A stretch of DNA of 61,411 nt, filler included, from Chiloscyllium plagiosum (GCF_004010195.1; 4 parts of one record of this genome joined end to end with filler, not necessarily neighbours in it), one strand, 5' to 3'. Positions 12,224-23,942 are shown, counted from the first letter of the whole stretch. Program-made: numbers and translations. Notes: generated from the sequence alone by a model not told the origin.

Positions 12224-13394
12224 TCTGGTTCAGATGTAGGCCATCCATTTTCTAATAGTCCCACCTTCCCCAGAACTTGTCCCAATGTCCAACAAATCTG
12301 AAGTCCTCCCTCCTACACCATCTCTCAAGTCACGTGTTCATCCTGCCTATATTTTCATTTCTACGCTGGCTAGCATGTGGCACTGGTAGTAATCCCGAGA
12401 TCACTACCTTTGAGGCCCTCCACTTTAACTTCTCTCCGAGCTAATTGAATTCTTCTTTCAGGACCTCATCTCATTTTTCTACTTATATCGTTGGTGCCTA
12501 TATGCACCAAGACAACTGGCTGTTCACCCTCCCCTTTTAGAATGCTCTGCAGCCAATCGGTGACATCCCTGACCCGAGCACCTGGGAGGCAACATACACC
12601 CGGGAGTCCCATTTTTGGCCACACAACTGCCTATCTACTCCCCTTACAATAGAATCCCCATGACTATGGCCCTTTTTCCCGCCCTTCTGAACAGCAGTGC
12701 CTGCCACGGTGCCATGACCTTGGCACCTGCTGCCCTCCCCTGGTGAGCCATCTCCCTGACAGTATCCAAAACGGTATACCTGTTTTGGAGGGAGATGACC
12801 ACAGGGGACACCTACACTGCCTTCGTATTCTTTTTCTGCCTTTTGGTCACCATTCACTGCCTCCCTCCACAATTCTAACCTGCGGTGTGACCAGTTCACT
12901 AAACGTGCTATCCACGACCTCCTCAGCACCGCGGATGCTCCACAGTGAGTCCATCCACAGCTCCAGAGCCGTCATATGGTCAAACAACAGCTGCAACTGG
13001 ACACACTTCTTGCAAGTGTAAGATGCACATGCCACGGGTCTGAGATCCCCTGCCATTGTCAGCTTAGCTTTATATCACCTAACTAAAACCAAACAATGCA
13101 CTTAAATATATGAAAAAGAAAGAATATAAGCCTTACCTTATAGAGTCTTTTTCTTCCGGTCAGAGGAGGGGGGCGGGATGGAGATACTAGATGTGTAGTA
13201 CCTCTGGTTTAGCCGCTGCCCAAATATATACTAATTCCTTACCTTCCTGGTGCTCTCCTGGTTTCCATCTCCGCTGTGTCTCCCGCTGCTCCCGGACAGG
13301 AAAAGGGGGAAAACTTACCCTACCTGGCAGCCCTCGCTTCTCTCCTCGCCGCTCTGTAAAAATCATTGATGAAGGTGAAGGCGTGCTGGCTAGG

Positions 13395-13545
13395 CCATCC
13401 CTTAATTGCTCAAAAGGCAGTTTGAGTCAGCCACTGGGGATCTGGAATCGCATAGTCCAGACCAGGTAAGGATTGGCTGTTTCCTTCCGAAAGAAGATTA
13501 GTGAACCAAATGGGTTTTTCCACAATGGATTTATGGTCATCATTC
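13395..13545 (-). mobile_element. Fragment of second tRNA-headed SINE family
   Basis: Reverse complement resembles 34840-34960 (AACCCA..TTCACTAAT..GGAAGGA..CT). Confidence 0.5.
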
Positions 13546-15715
13546 ATAGAGTCATAGAGATGTACAGCACTGAACAGACCCTTCGGTCCATGCTGACCAG
13601 ATATACCAACCCAATCTAGTCCCACCTGCCAGCACCCAATTCATATCCATCCAAACCCTTCCCATTCAACTATCCATCAAGATGCCCTTTAAATGCTGTA
13701 GTCGTCTCCATCACTTCCTCTGGCATTACACGTACGACCCACCATGTGGAAAAAGTTGCACTTTAATCTCTCCTATCTTTCCCCTCTCACCCTAAACCTA
13801 TGCCCTCTAGTTCTGGACTCCCCACCCCAGGGAAAGGACCTTGTCTATTTACCCTATCAGTGTCCGTCATGATTTTATAAACTTCTATATGTCATCCATC
13901 AGCCACCGACACTCCAGGGAAAACAAACCCAGGCTATTCAGCCTCTTCCTATAGCTCAAATCCTCCAACCCTGGCAACATCCTTGTAAATCTTTTAGAAC
14001 GTAGAAAATTACAGCACAGAACAGGCCCTTCGGCCCACAATGTTGTGCTGAGGATTAATCCTAATGTAAAATATAATAACTTAACCTACGCACTCCTCAA
14101 TTCACTGCTATCCATGTGCATGTACAGCATTCGCTTAAATGTCCCTAAACCTATGCCCTCTAGTTCTGGACTCCACCACTGCTTCCACCACCACCGCTGG
14201 CAATGCATTCACAAATCTCTGCGTAAAGAACCTTCCACTGACGTCTCCTCCATACCTTCATCCTAATATTTTAAAACGATGACCCTTCGTGCCAATCAAT
14301 CCTGCCCTGGGGAAAAGTCTCTGGCTGTTGACTCTATCCAAGCCTCTCATTACCTTGTATACCTCGATCAGGTCTCCTCTCTTCCTCCTTCTCTCCAGAG
14401 GAAAAAGTCTGAGCTTATTCAATCTTTCTTCGTAAGGCAAGCCCTCCAGTCCAGGCAGCATCCTGCTAAACCTTCTTTGCAAAATGCATCACTTCACATT
14501 TATCCAGGCTGAACTCCATCTGTTATTTCTCAACCCAGCTCTGCATCCTGTCTATGTCGCGCTGCAGCCTGCAGTCGCCCTCAATACTGTCAACGGAACC
14601 TCCAACCTTTGTGTCATCGGCAAATTTACTAACCCACCCCTCAACCTCCTCGTCCAAGTCATTTATAAAAATTACAAAGAGTAGAGGCCTAAGAACAGAG
14701 CCCTGCGGGACCCCACTCACCACTGACCTCCAGGCAGAATACTTCCCATCTACAACCACTCTGCCTTCTATCAGCCAGCCAATTCTGAATCCAGATACCC
14801 AAATCTCCCTGTATCCCATACCTCCTGACTTTATGAATCAGCCTTCCCTTGGGAACCTTATCAATTGCCTTGCTGAAGTACGTATACACCACATCCACTG
14901 CTCGACCATCGTCGACGTGTCTCAAAGAGCTCAATAAGATTTGTGAGGCATGACCTGCCCCTCACAAAGCCATGCTGACTGCCTTTAATCACACTATGCT
15001 TTTCCAAATAGTCCTAAATCCTATCCCTCAGAGTTCACTCCAAAACCTTGCTGACCACAGACGTAAGACTGACTAGCCTGTGATTGCCAGGGATTTCCCT
15101 ATTCCCTTTCTTGAAAAGAGGAACAACATTCGCCTCCTTCCAATCGTCTGGTACAATTCCCATGGAGAGTGAGGAAGCAAAGACCTTTGCCAGCGGCTTA
15201 GCAACCTCCTTTCTCGCTTCCTGGAGTAGCATAGGATAAATCTGGTCTAGCCCTGGGGTCATGTCAGTCTTATTGATTGCTAAAATTTCCAGCACATCAA
15301 CTTCATCAGTCTTGATCTGTTCAAGGAGAAAGTGAGGTCTGCAGATGCTGGAGATCAAAGTTGAAACTTTATTGCTGGAACAGGGAACAGGAGATTCGAC
15401 GTTTCGGGCACAGGCCCTTCTTCAGGAATTATGAATCAGCCTTCCCATTCCTGAAGAAGGGCCTGTGCCCGAAACGTCGAATCTCCTGTTCCCTGGATGC
15501 TGCCTGACCTGCTGTGCTGTTCCAGCAATAAAGTTTCAACCTTGATCTGTTCAAGCCTGTTTCCCAGCTCCTCAAAGTTCTCATTCACAACAAGATCCCT
15601 TTTCTTAGTGAAAACCAAAACAAAAACACTAATTTAGGGCTTCCCCTATCCGCTCAGACTCCATGCACAAGTTCCCGACGCTATCCCTGATCGGCCCTAC
15701 CTTCTCCTCATCCAT
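13546..15715 (-). mobile_element. Stacked CR1 ORF2 / 3' fragments
   Basis: Tail at 13546, second tail at ~13996. RT motifs in ORFs 14258-14482, 14523-14819 and 15035-15358. Confidence 0.85.
15324..15540. mobile_element. Palindromic PLE-derived insert with intact hammerhead cores on both strands (- 15398-15425; + 15451-15478)
   Basis: CTGAAGAAGGGCCTGTGCCCGAAACGTC present in both orientations. Duplication CTTGATCTGTTCA(AG) at 15311 and 15541. Confidence 0.85.
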
Positions 15716-15719
15716 CATG

Positions 15720-16950
15720 TTTGAGTAAAATATGAGTTTTGAGAAGATTTGTAGCTCAGGTTGAGGTTCTGGATGTGGGTTTGCTCGCTGAGCTGGAAGG
15801 TTCATTTCCAGATGGTTGTTCACCCTACTAGGTAACTTCAGTGGGCCTCAGGTGAAACACTGCTGAGAGTTCCAGCTTTCTTTTAAATGTTTGCGTTTCT
15901 TTGGGTTGGGGATGTTATTTCCTGTGGTGAAGTCACTTCCTGTTCTTTTTCTCAGAGGCTGGTAGATGGGGTCAAACTCTGTGTTTGTTGATAGAGTTCC
16001 GGTTGGAATGCCATGCTTCTAGGAATTTTAGTGCATGTCTCTGTTTGGCTTGTCCTTGGATGGAAATCTTTTTGTATCATGGTAGCCCACAAACCCACCA
16101 ACACACTGTGAGAAACAAAGCTCACAATATAATAAATTTCAGTCCGAGTTAAATTCTGAAGCAGCGAATTTTATTGAAATGGTCTTGCAAGAAGGGGCGT
16201 CTATCAAGTAGGCACCCCGATCCACAAATTATTCTACAATTTATACAGTTTAATTCTTGGTACTTCACCGTTTACCTCATTGGCCTTCAAACCTATCAAT
16301 ATTCCTTACTGTGTTCTGCCCCTGCCCAGCTGTGCTCCGCCCTTGTTTACTTCTCCCCCTATTCCAAGCCAGGCGACCCTCCCCTCTATAAGTGACTTGG
16401 GTCGCTTCAGTGCCGACATGAGGGACATTTGCAGAGCTTGGCATATCTTGATGTTCTTTTTCACCTTATCTATTTATCTGTAACATCTTCCATTGTTTGC
16501 AGGCACGTTTCATTCTTGTATGCACATTTTAGCTAGCTCAGAAGAAACTGTATCCCTTTACATAGTCTTCATTCGTGTATGCACATTTTAGCTAACTCAG
16601 CTCTTTGCTGAAACAATTATATACTGATGTTAATAAGCAATTATGGTTGCTGATGTTAATAAGCAATTATGGTTGCCGAAGTAACACTGTTTTACCTATA
16701 TCCCACAACACTAAAACAGCAGCTAATGAACTTGAAAGACCCTATACAGACAACAAGCAAAACGAATGTCATTTACAAAATACCATGCAAGGACTGGAAC
16801 AAACACTACATTGGATAAACAGACAGAAAACTAGCCACCAGGATACCTGAGCACTAACTCGCCACAAAAAGACATGACCCCCCCTCTCACTAGTATCCTT
16901 ATATACAGATGAGGAAAGACACCACTTCGACTGGGACAACACATCCATCC
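15720..16950. mobile_element. PLE (second lineage) fragments: inverted terminus 15720-16065 and + strand GIY-YIG region interrupted by a solo LTR
   Basis: HKPTNT|LKQQLMNLKDPI reads across the LTR, followed by NVIYKIPCKDWNKHYIG (16763 onward). The terminus is shared with 28757-28950 and 25990-26128. Confidence 0.75.
16107..16707 (-). mobile_element. 601-bp solo LTR
   Basis: Termini TGTGAGA...TCCCACA with 4-bp TSD ACAC (16103-16106, 16708-16711). On the - strand: tandem U3-like repeats, TATAAA (16240-16245), then AATAAA (16170-16175). Confidence 0.8.
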
Positions 16951-16977
16951 TGTACTTCCCAACTCCTGTTTGATAGC

Positions 16978-17680
16978 ATCATAATTTCCTTTTCTGAACC
17001 CTTTCAAGTTTCACAACATCTTTCCGATAGGAAGGAGACCAGAATTGCATGCAATATTCCAACAGTGGCCTAACCAAGGTCCTGTACAGCCACAACATGA
17101 CCCCCCAACTCCTGTACTCAATACTCTGACCAATAAAAGAAAGCATACCAAACGCCTTCTTCACTATCCTATCTACCTGCGACTCCACTTTCAAGGAGCT
17201 ATGAACCTGCACTCCAAGGTCTCCTTGTTCAGCAACACTCCCCAGGACCTTAAATTACATGTACAAGTCCTGCTCTGATTTTCTTTTCCAAATTGCAGCA
17301 CCGGATTTATCTGACTTAAAGTCGTTCTACCAATCCTCAGCACATTGGTCCATCTGATCAAGATCCTGTTGTACTCACAGATAACCTTCTTCGCTGTCCA
17401 CTGCACCTTCAATTTTCATGTCATCTGCAAACTTACTCACTATACCTCCTATATTCATATCCACGTCATTTATATAAATGACAAAAAGTAGTGAACCCAG
17501 CATCGCTCCTTGTGGCACTTCACTGTTCACAGGCCTCCAGTCTGAAAGGTCACCCTCCACCACCACACTCTGGATGGGTATATGAATAGGAAGGGTTTGG
17601 AGGGGTATGGGCCATGTGCTGGCAAATGGGACCAGATTAGGTTGGATATCTGGTTGGCATGGATGAGTTGACTATGACCA
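16978..17680 (-). mobile_element. CR1 RT fragment followed by a short + strand CR1 3' piece
   Basis: ORFs 16979-17212 and 17375-17566 carry CR1 RT motifs. Confidence 0.85.
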
Positions 17681-18025
17681 GGCCTTTCTCATCTCTAAAT
17701 AGGCTCCTCTCCTCTCTGATCAACCACTGCTCCTGAATGGCCAGCCCCTGTGCCTCCTTGTTTGCCTCTCCCACTTCCCTGGTGAATCTTCCCCAGGGAA
17801 CACAGGAACAGAAGCAGACCATTCAGCCCCTCAAGCCTGTTCCATTATTCAATGAGATCATGGCTGATGTCTTGCTAGAAACATGCGTTTGGCCAGGACG
17901 AACAAAGATTTTATGATATTCAGAAAAAAACACTGAGCACTCTGACAATTGGGATTAATTGTTGTGTGGAATGATATCGGCTGAAGTGTTTGATGTTTTT
18001 CTTACCATTTTCTCTTCGATTACAG

Positions 18026-18163
18026 ACAATCCATCTGTGTCTGGGATGGCTGACATGGATTATCCTCTCCAAGGACCTGGACTGCTGTCGCTCCCCAGCC
18101 TCCCAGAGATCAGCCCTATTCGGAGAGTCCCCCTGCCCCCAGAATTGGTGGAACAGTTTGGAC
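18026..18163 (+). CDS. NUP155: Nup155 coding exon 2 ([45 protein letters not shown])
   Basis: Near-identical to the recalled vertebrate Nup155 sequence. Acceptor tacag| at 18025, 138 nt, phase 1/1, donor GTATCTTT. Confidence 0.97.
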
Positions 18164-18257
18164 GTATCTTTTTGTGTTTGTCGGTCAGGGAGTGAAGCAC
18201 GATGTGGCATTTGCACTGCTGCTGGTGTATAGTAATAATGTGCAAAGATTAATAATT

Positions 18258-18284
18258 TGTGTGTGTGTGTGTGTGTGTGTGTGT
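18258..18284. repeat. (TG)n microsatellite
   Basis: About 13 uninterrupted TG units. Confidence 0.95.
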
Positions 18285-18429
18285 AAGCTGCACTGGCTGT
18301 CAATCATCCGTAGTAGCAGCTTGTCCTTCTGCTTCATCTTTCAATGCTTGACTTTGCACTCGTTCTTTACCTCACCAGGTGTCACATGCTCCCTCTCTCC
18401 TGTGCACGCTCTTTCTCTTGTACTTGAAT

Positions 18430-19920
18430 TGTCATTAATATAAATGATTTGGATGAGACTATAGGAGGCATGGTTAGCAAATTTGCGATTGATACTAAAG
18501 TTGGTGTTGTAGTGGGCAGTAAAGAAGTCTATGAGTACAACTTGGTCTTGATCAACTGGACCAGTGGGCGGAGGAATGGCAGATGGAGTTTAATGTTAGT
18601 CGTTGTAATTTGGTAAGACAATGCATGGCAGACACACAGTTAATGATCAGGCAGTGTCGCCAAAGAGAGAGGCTTCAGGATACAAGTACATAGTTCCTTG
18701 AAAGTGGTGTCACAGACAGATAAGATGGTGAAGAAGGCATTTGGCACACTTGTCTTCATTGGTCAGAGCACTGAGTACAAGAGTTAGATTGTCATATTAC
18801 GGCTGTACAACATATTGGTAAGGCCACATTTAGAACATAGAAAAATACAGCGCAGTACAGGCCCTTTGGCTTTCGATGTTGCGCCGGTTCATGCCCACCT
18901 AACATACACTAGCCCACTATCCTCCATATGCCTATCCAATGCCCGCTTAAATGCCCATAAAGAGGGAGAGTCCACCACTGCTACTGGCAGGGCATTCCAT
19001 GAACTCACGACTCGCTGAGTAAAGAACCTACCCCTAACATCTGTCCTATACCTACCCCCCCCTTAATTTAAAGCTATGCCCCCTTGCAATAGCTGACTCC
19101 ATACGTGGAAAAAGATTCTCACTGTCGACCCTATCTAAACCCCTAATCATCTTATACACCTCTATCAAGTCACCCCTAAACCTTCCTTTCTCCAATGAAA
19201 ACAACCCCAAGTGCCTCAGCCTGTCCTCATANNNNNNNNNNNNNNNNNNNNNNNNNNNNNNNNNNNNNNNNNNNNTTAATTAATTAANNNNNNNNNNNNN
19301 NNNNNNNNNNNNNNNNNNNNNNNNNNNNNNNCCTCCCCCCAAGGATACTGGTGCCCCTCAGGTTCAGGTGTAGACCATCCTGTTTATAGAGGTCCCACCT
19401 TCCCCAGAAAGAACCCCAGTTATCCAAATACCGGAATCCCTCCCTCCAATTTGGAGCATGCATGCAATTCTGGTCACCTTGCTCTATGTTATTAAAATGG
19501 AAAAGGCGCAAGAATGTAACTGAGACTGGAAGCTTTGAGTTATAAGGAGAAACTGGATAGGCTTGGACTTTTCTCCTTGGAACATAGGAGGCTGAGCGGT
19601 GACCTTATAGAGATTTATAAAATCATGAAGGGCTTAGATAAGGTGAATAGACAGGTTTTTTGGCTAGGGCATTTCCAAAACTAGAGGACATAGATAGAAG
19701 GTGAGAGGAGAAAGATTAAAAAGGGATATGAAAGGCAACGTTTTCACAGCGAGGTGCACTTACGGTCTGAGTGTAACACTTTAAAGAGATTTGGACAGGT
19801 ACATGGAAAGGAAAGGTTTGGGTGAAATGGGCCAAACTCAGGCATTTGGGACCAGTTCTGTTCAGGAAACCTGTTCAACATGCACAATCTGCGTCGAATG
19901 CCCTGTTTCTGTGCTGTTGA
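18430..19920 (+). mobile_element. Old CR1 RT/3' fragment with a younger - strand CR1 nested at ~18831-19449 (middle replaced by a gap)
   Basis: Host reads LVRPH|LEHACNS across the insert. The insert has a CR1 tail at 18831 and ORF1 esterase end (WREGFRYLDNWGSFWGRWDLYKQDGLHLN) at 19332-19449. Confidence 0.8.
19232..19331. other. Artificial 100-nt scaffold linker 44N-TTAATTAATTAA-44N (also 49118-49217 and 58296-58395)
   Basis: Identical structure three times. The 12-mer has stop codons in all six frames. Confidence 0.95.
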
Positions 19921-20196
19921 CCTATCTGACTTCCTTTCCTGCATGTGCCCTCCCTCTCTTCCCCCTGCAGGCGCTTGCTCTCTCCTGCGCTCGTGTTGTC
20001 TTTTTCTCCCCCACCATGTGCTCTTTCTGCCCACCCAAACCCCCTTCTGTCTTGCCCATGCGATCTTTCACTCTAGTGCATGCACTCTGTCACGTGTCAC
20101 CCTCGGTCACTCTTGGGGTTCAGTGTCACTCCTGGGCACTCATGTTTTTGTCTTCTACATCTTGGTGATTTAGTCAGTTCCTTACATCTATTGCAG

Positions 20197-20293
20197 ATAT
20201 GCAATGCAATTGTATGATGGGGGTTTTCCCTGAAATTGGCAAGGCTTGGCTCACTATTGATAGTGACATCTTCATGTGGAATTATGAGGATGG
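20197..20293 (+). CDS. NUP155: Nup155 coding exon 3 ([33 protein letters not shown])
   Basis: Manual translation matches Nup155. Acceptor ttgcag| at 20196, donor GTAAGT at 20294, 97 nt, in frame with neighbours. Confidence 0.97.
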
Positions 20294-21509
20294 GTAAGTA
20301 GAGCCCTCAACAAGAATGGCCTGTCTGTGGGCTTTGTTGGGTAGCTCGAGTCACAAATCACAAAGGAATGAAAGCCATGGAGATGATATAATGTTTGTAT
20401 TGGAGTTGGAATAATCCACAATAAGCAGTACAATTTCAGAAAGAGAGCCCTGCTGCTGTACTCGAACTGCCATGCTATGAAGGCCAGCACGTCACTTTGC
20501 TTCCTCACCACCTGTTGCACCTGCATGCTTATTGTTAGTGACAGGTGTGTGAGGAATCTAAAGTCTTGTTGTATGTCCCCCTTTCCAATCTATTGCCACA
20601 AGATAGTATTCCTTCCTGTTATTACTCCCAAAGAAGACAGTCCTGTTGTTGGGTGGTTTGAAACACATCAAGGTAGACAGGTCCCCACATCCTAAAGGGA
20701 TTTATCTCAGAATACTGAGAGGGGAAATTGCTGAGGTCTTGTTGTGCCTTTGGTCACTGGTAGTGAGGTTATTGGAGAAGATTCTTAGAGACAGGGTTTT
20801 TTCAGATTTGGAAAAACATGGACTGAGTCGTGACATAGTAGCTTGGCTTTGTATTGCGGAGGTTGTGACTCTGACTTGATTGAGTTGTTTGAACAAGTGA
20901 CAAAAATGATTGAGCGCAGAATGGTGAATGTTGTCCACGTGGATTTTAGAAAGGCCTTTCACAAGCCAATACAAAAGGTGAAGTCACACGAAATCTGCAG
21001 TGAAGCTGGTAAGATGGATACAGAACTGGCTTAGTCATAGAAGACAGTGGCGTTGGAAGAGTGTTTTTCTGACAGGATCTGTTACCACTGATAATCTGCA
21101 GGGATCAATGTTGAGACCCGTGTTGTTTGTAATACATATAACTGGTTTGAATGAGAATGTATGTGGCTTGTAAATTTGTAGATGATAAGAAGTTGGAGGG
21201 AGTTGCAGATAGCGACCGATTGTCAGAGGATACAGCAGGAGAAAGACAGGTTAAAAACAGTGGTGGAGAAATGGCAGGTGGAATTTAATCCAGATAAATA
21301 CAGGGCAATAAATTTTGAAAGGTCTGATGCAGGAGGCAAGTATACAGTAAAATGTTTAGAAACATGAACATACTGAAAGATCTATGCGTACAGGTCCACA
21401 GTTCCCCAAAAGTGACAACATAACTGGATAAGATGGTCAAGAAGGCATATGGCATGCTTGCTTTCATTGATAGACGCATTGGGAAGAAGAATTGACAAGT
21501 TATATTGCA

Positions 21510-22435
21510 AGGTAAAAAATTCCTCCGCCTCCGCCGTATCTGCTCCCAGGAGGACCAGTTCCACCACAGAACACACCAGATGGCCTCCTCCTTTAGAGAC
21601 CGCAATTTCCCTTCCCACGTGGTTAAAGATGCCCTCCAACGCATCTCGTCCACATCCCGCACCTCCGCCCTCAGACCCCACCCCTCCAACCGTAACAAGG
21701 ACAGAACGCCCCTGGTGCTCACCTTCCACCCTACAAACCTCCGCATAAACCAAATCATCCGCCGACATTTCCACCACCTCCAAANNNNNNNNNNNNNNNN
21801 NNNNNNNNNNNNNNNNNNNNNNNNNNNNNNNNNNNNNNNNNNNNNNNNNNNNNNNNNNNNNNNNNNNNNNNNNNNNNNNNNNNNNNNNNNNNNNNNNNNN
21901 NNNNNNNNNNNNNNNNNNNNNNNNNNNNNNNNNNNNNNNNNNNNNNNNNNNNNNNNNNNNNNNNNNNNNNNNNNNNNNNNNNNNNNNNNNNNNNNNNNNN
22001 NNNNNNNNNNNNNNNNNNNNNNNNNNNNNNNNNNNNNNNNNNNNNNNNNNNNNNNNNNNNNNNNNNNNNNNNNNNNNNNNNNNNNNNNNNNNNNNNNNNN
22101 NNNNNNNNNNNNNNNNNNNNNNNNNNNNNNNNNNNNNNNNNNNNNNNNNNNNNNNNNNNNNNNNNNNNNNNNNNNNNNNNNNNNNNNNNNNNNNNNNNNN
22201 NNNNNNNNNNNNNNNNNNNNNNNNNNNNNNNNNNNNNNNNNNNNNNNNNNNNNNNNNNNATTGTACTCTATGCTACTCTCTCCCCACCCCCACCCTCCTC
22301 TCGCTTATCTCTCCCCGCTTCAGGCTCTCTGCCTTTATTCCTGATGAATGGCTTTTGCCCGAAACGTCGATTTTGCTGAAGCTCCTCGGATGCTGCCTGA
22401 ACTGCTGTGCTCTTCCAGCACCATTGATCCAGAAC
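21510..22435 (+). mobile_element. 5'-truncated Penelope-like retroelement with 3' hammerhead core (22341-22368)
   Basis: FLRLRRICSQEDQF...RTPLVLTFHP is the PLE RT-to-GIY-YIG linker. Core CTGATGAATGGCTTTTGCCCGAAACGTC. 14-bp duplication CAAGTTATATTGCA (21496-21509, 22436-22449). Confidence 0.88.
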
Positions 22436-22502
22436 CAAGTTATATTGCAGCTCTGTAGAACATTGGTTTAGACATAGTTAGAATGTTGTGTACAGTTCTG
22501 GT

Positions 22503-22710
22503 CCGAAAATGTGTTGCTGGAAAAGCGCAGCATGTCAGGCAGCATCCAAGGAGCAGGAGAATCGACGTTTCGGGTATGAGCCCTTCTTCAGGAAATCTCA
22601 TGCCCGAAACATCGATTCTCCTGCTCCTTAGATGCTGCCTGACCTGCTGCGCTTTTCCAGCAACACATTTTCGGCTCTGATGTCCAGCAACTGCAACCCT
22701 CACTTTCTCC
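22503..22710. mobile_element. ~210-nt palindromic PLE-derived element, reverse-complement counterpart of 12014-12223; hammerhead core on - strand (22564-22591)
   Basis: Same internal junction as the 12 kb copy. Duplication TACAGTTCTGGT at 22491-22502 and 22711-22722. Confidence 0.85.
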
Positions 22711-23742
22711 TACAGTTCTGGTTGTCATGCTACTAGAAGCATGTGAATGCTTTGGAGAGGGGGCAGCAATGGTTTACCACAATGTTGCTAATACCTTCCA
22801 AACACAGGCAATTAGGAGAAATTGGACAAACTTGGTTTGTTTTCACTTGAATGTTAATGATAAGGTGTGACCGGATAGAAGTTTGCAAAATTATGGGAGA
22901 AATAGTTAAAATAGATAATTTGAGTTTTTTTCACAGGGTAGAAATGCCAATTACTAGGGGACATAGGTTTAAGATAAAAAAGGAAAGATTCAAGAACATA
23001 TGAGAGGCAAGTTTTTATTTGCAGAGGATACTAAGTGCCTGGAATGTACAGCCAGATAAGGTGGGAGAGGCAACACAAAACAACACTTAAGAGATATTTT
23101 GAGAGGTACATGAATAGGCAGAGTTGAAAATCACACAACACCAGGTTATAGTCCGACAGGTTTATTTGGAAATTTCCAAATCGTGAAGAGGCAGGGAATA
23201 GAGGTGTACGCATTGCGTAGAGGCACAAACTTTTTCGTTTAGAAAGGTGTCGTGTATCGGCACCGACTTGGGCAGAATAGCCTATTCGTGCTGTACTGTT
23301 CTTTGTTCTGACCTTGCATTCATCCACATTGGGCACATGCATGGCAGATGTGTATAGTCTCTGAGTTTAAGAAAAGAAGCAGGAAATTATAGGCCAGTGA
23401 GCCTGACATCTGTGGTGGGGAAGCTCTTGTAGAAGATATGTGCACGCTTGGAAGAAAATTGACTAGTTAGTGACAGGCAGTGTAATTTTCTATGGGGAAG
23501 GTCACATGTTACCAACATGACTGAAATTTTTGAAGAGCTGACAAAGATAATTGATGAGGGAAGGGTTGTGATGTAGTTTATATGGAATTTAGTACGGCAT
23601 TTGATGAAGTCCCACATAGTACGAAAACTAAAATCACATGGGATTCGGGGTGAGCTAGCTAGATGCATACAGTACTGGCTTAGTCAGAGAAGACAAAGTG
23701 TAGCGGTGGAAGGGTGTTTTTCAGAATGGAGACCGGTAACTA

Positions 23743-23942
23743 CAGGTCGTTCTACTACCATGAGACAGTGGTGTTCCTCTGCAAAATTGAGCTATGGGAA
23801 ACAGCTGTAGAAGATTGTGCTGTGGAACACAGATATACCCATTCAGCAGAAAGTTTGCGTTATGCAAACAACATCCACAATTCGTCAATCTTGTTGTTGC
23901 CCATTTTTGCTGACAAGACGCATATTACAGAAGAACTACCTG
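23743..23942. mobile_element. 200-bp MITE, Tc1/mariner-pogo type
   Basis: Terminal inverted repeats CAGGTCGTTCT / AGAACTACCTG. Inserted at the TA of the CR1 sequence GTAAC-TA-GTGGTGTTCC (right copy reads CA). Confidence 0.7.

Larger units (their letters stand above)
5125..13340 (-). mobile_element. Near full-length decayed CR1 LINE (5' UTR, ORF1 with Cys motif and SGNH esterase, ORF2 EN-RT, 3' end) interrupted by nested insertions
   Basis: On the - strand: CASYTCKKC (~13030), GDSIVRG (~12650), [47 protein letters not shown] at ~9412. The RT C-terminus resumes at ~5895 and runs to ~5125. Confidence 0.88.
18164..20196 (+). other. NUP155: U12-type (minor spliceosome) GT-AG intron of NUP155
   Basis: 5' site GTATCTTT (U12 consensus RTATCCTT). 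Branch-like TTCCTTAC at 20178-20185 lies about 10 nt before the CAG, with no polypyrimidine tract. Confidence 0.85.
20630..23310 (+). mobile_element. Decayed CR1 ORF2 and 3' UTR hosting two PLE insertions
   Basis: IKVDRSP, DLIELFEQVTKMI, EKWQVEFNPDK and later RT C-terminal remnants. Confidence 0.8.

Noticed and set aside
19276..19287. Palindromic TTAATTAATTAA recurring three times, as a possible biological motif
   Set aside because: Always centred in exactly 44 N plus 44 N, so it is an assembly spacer.
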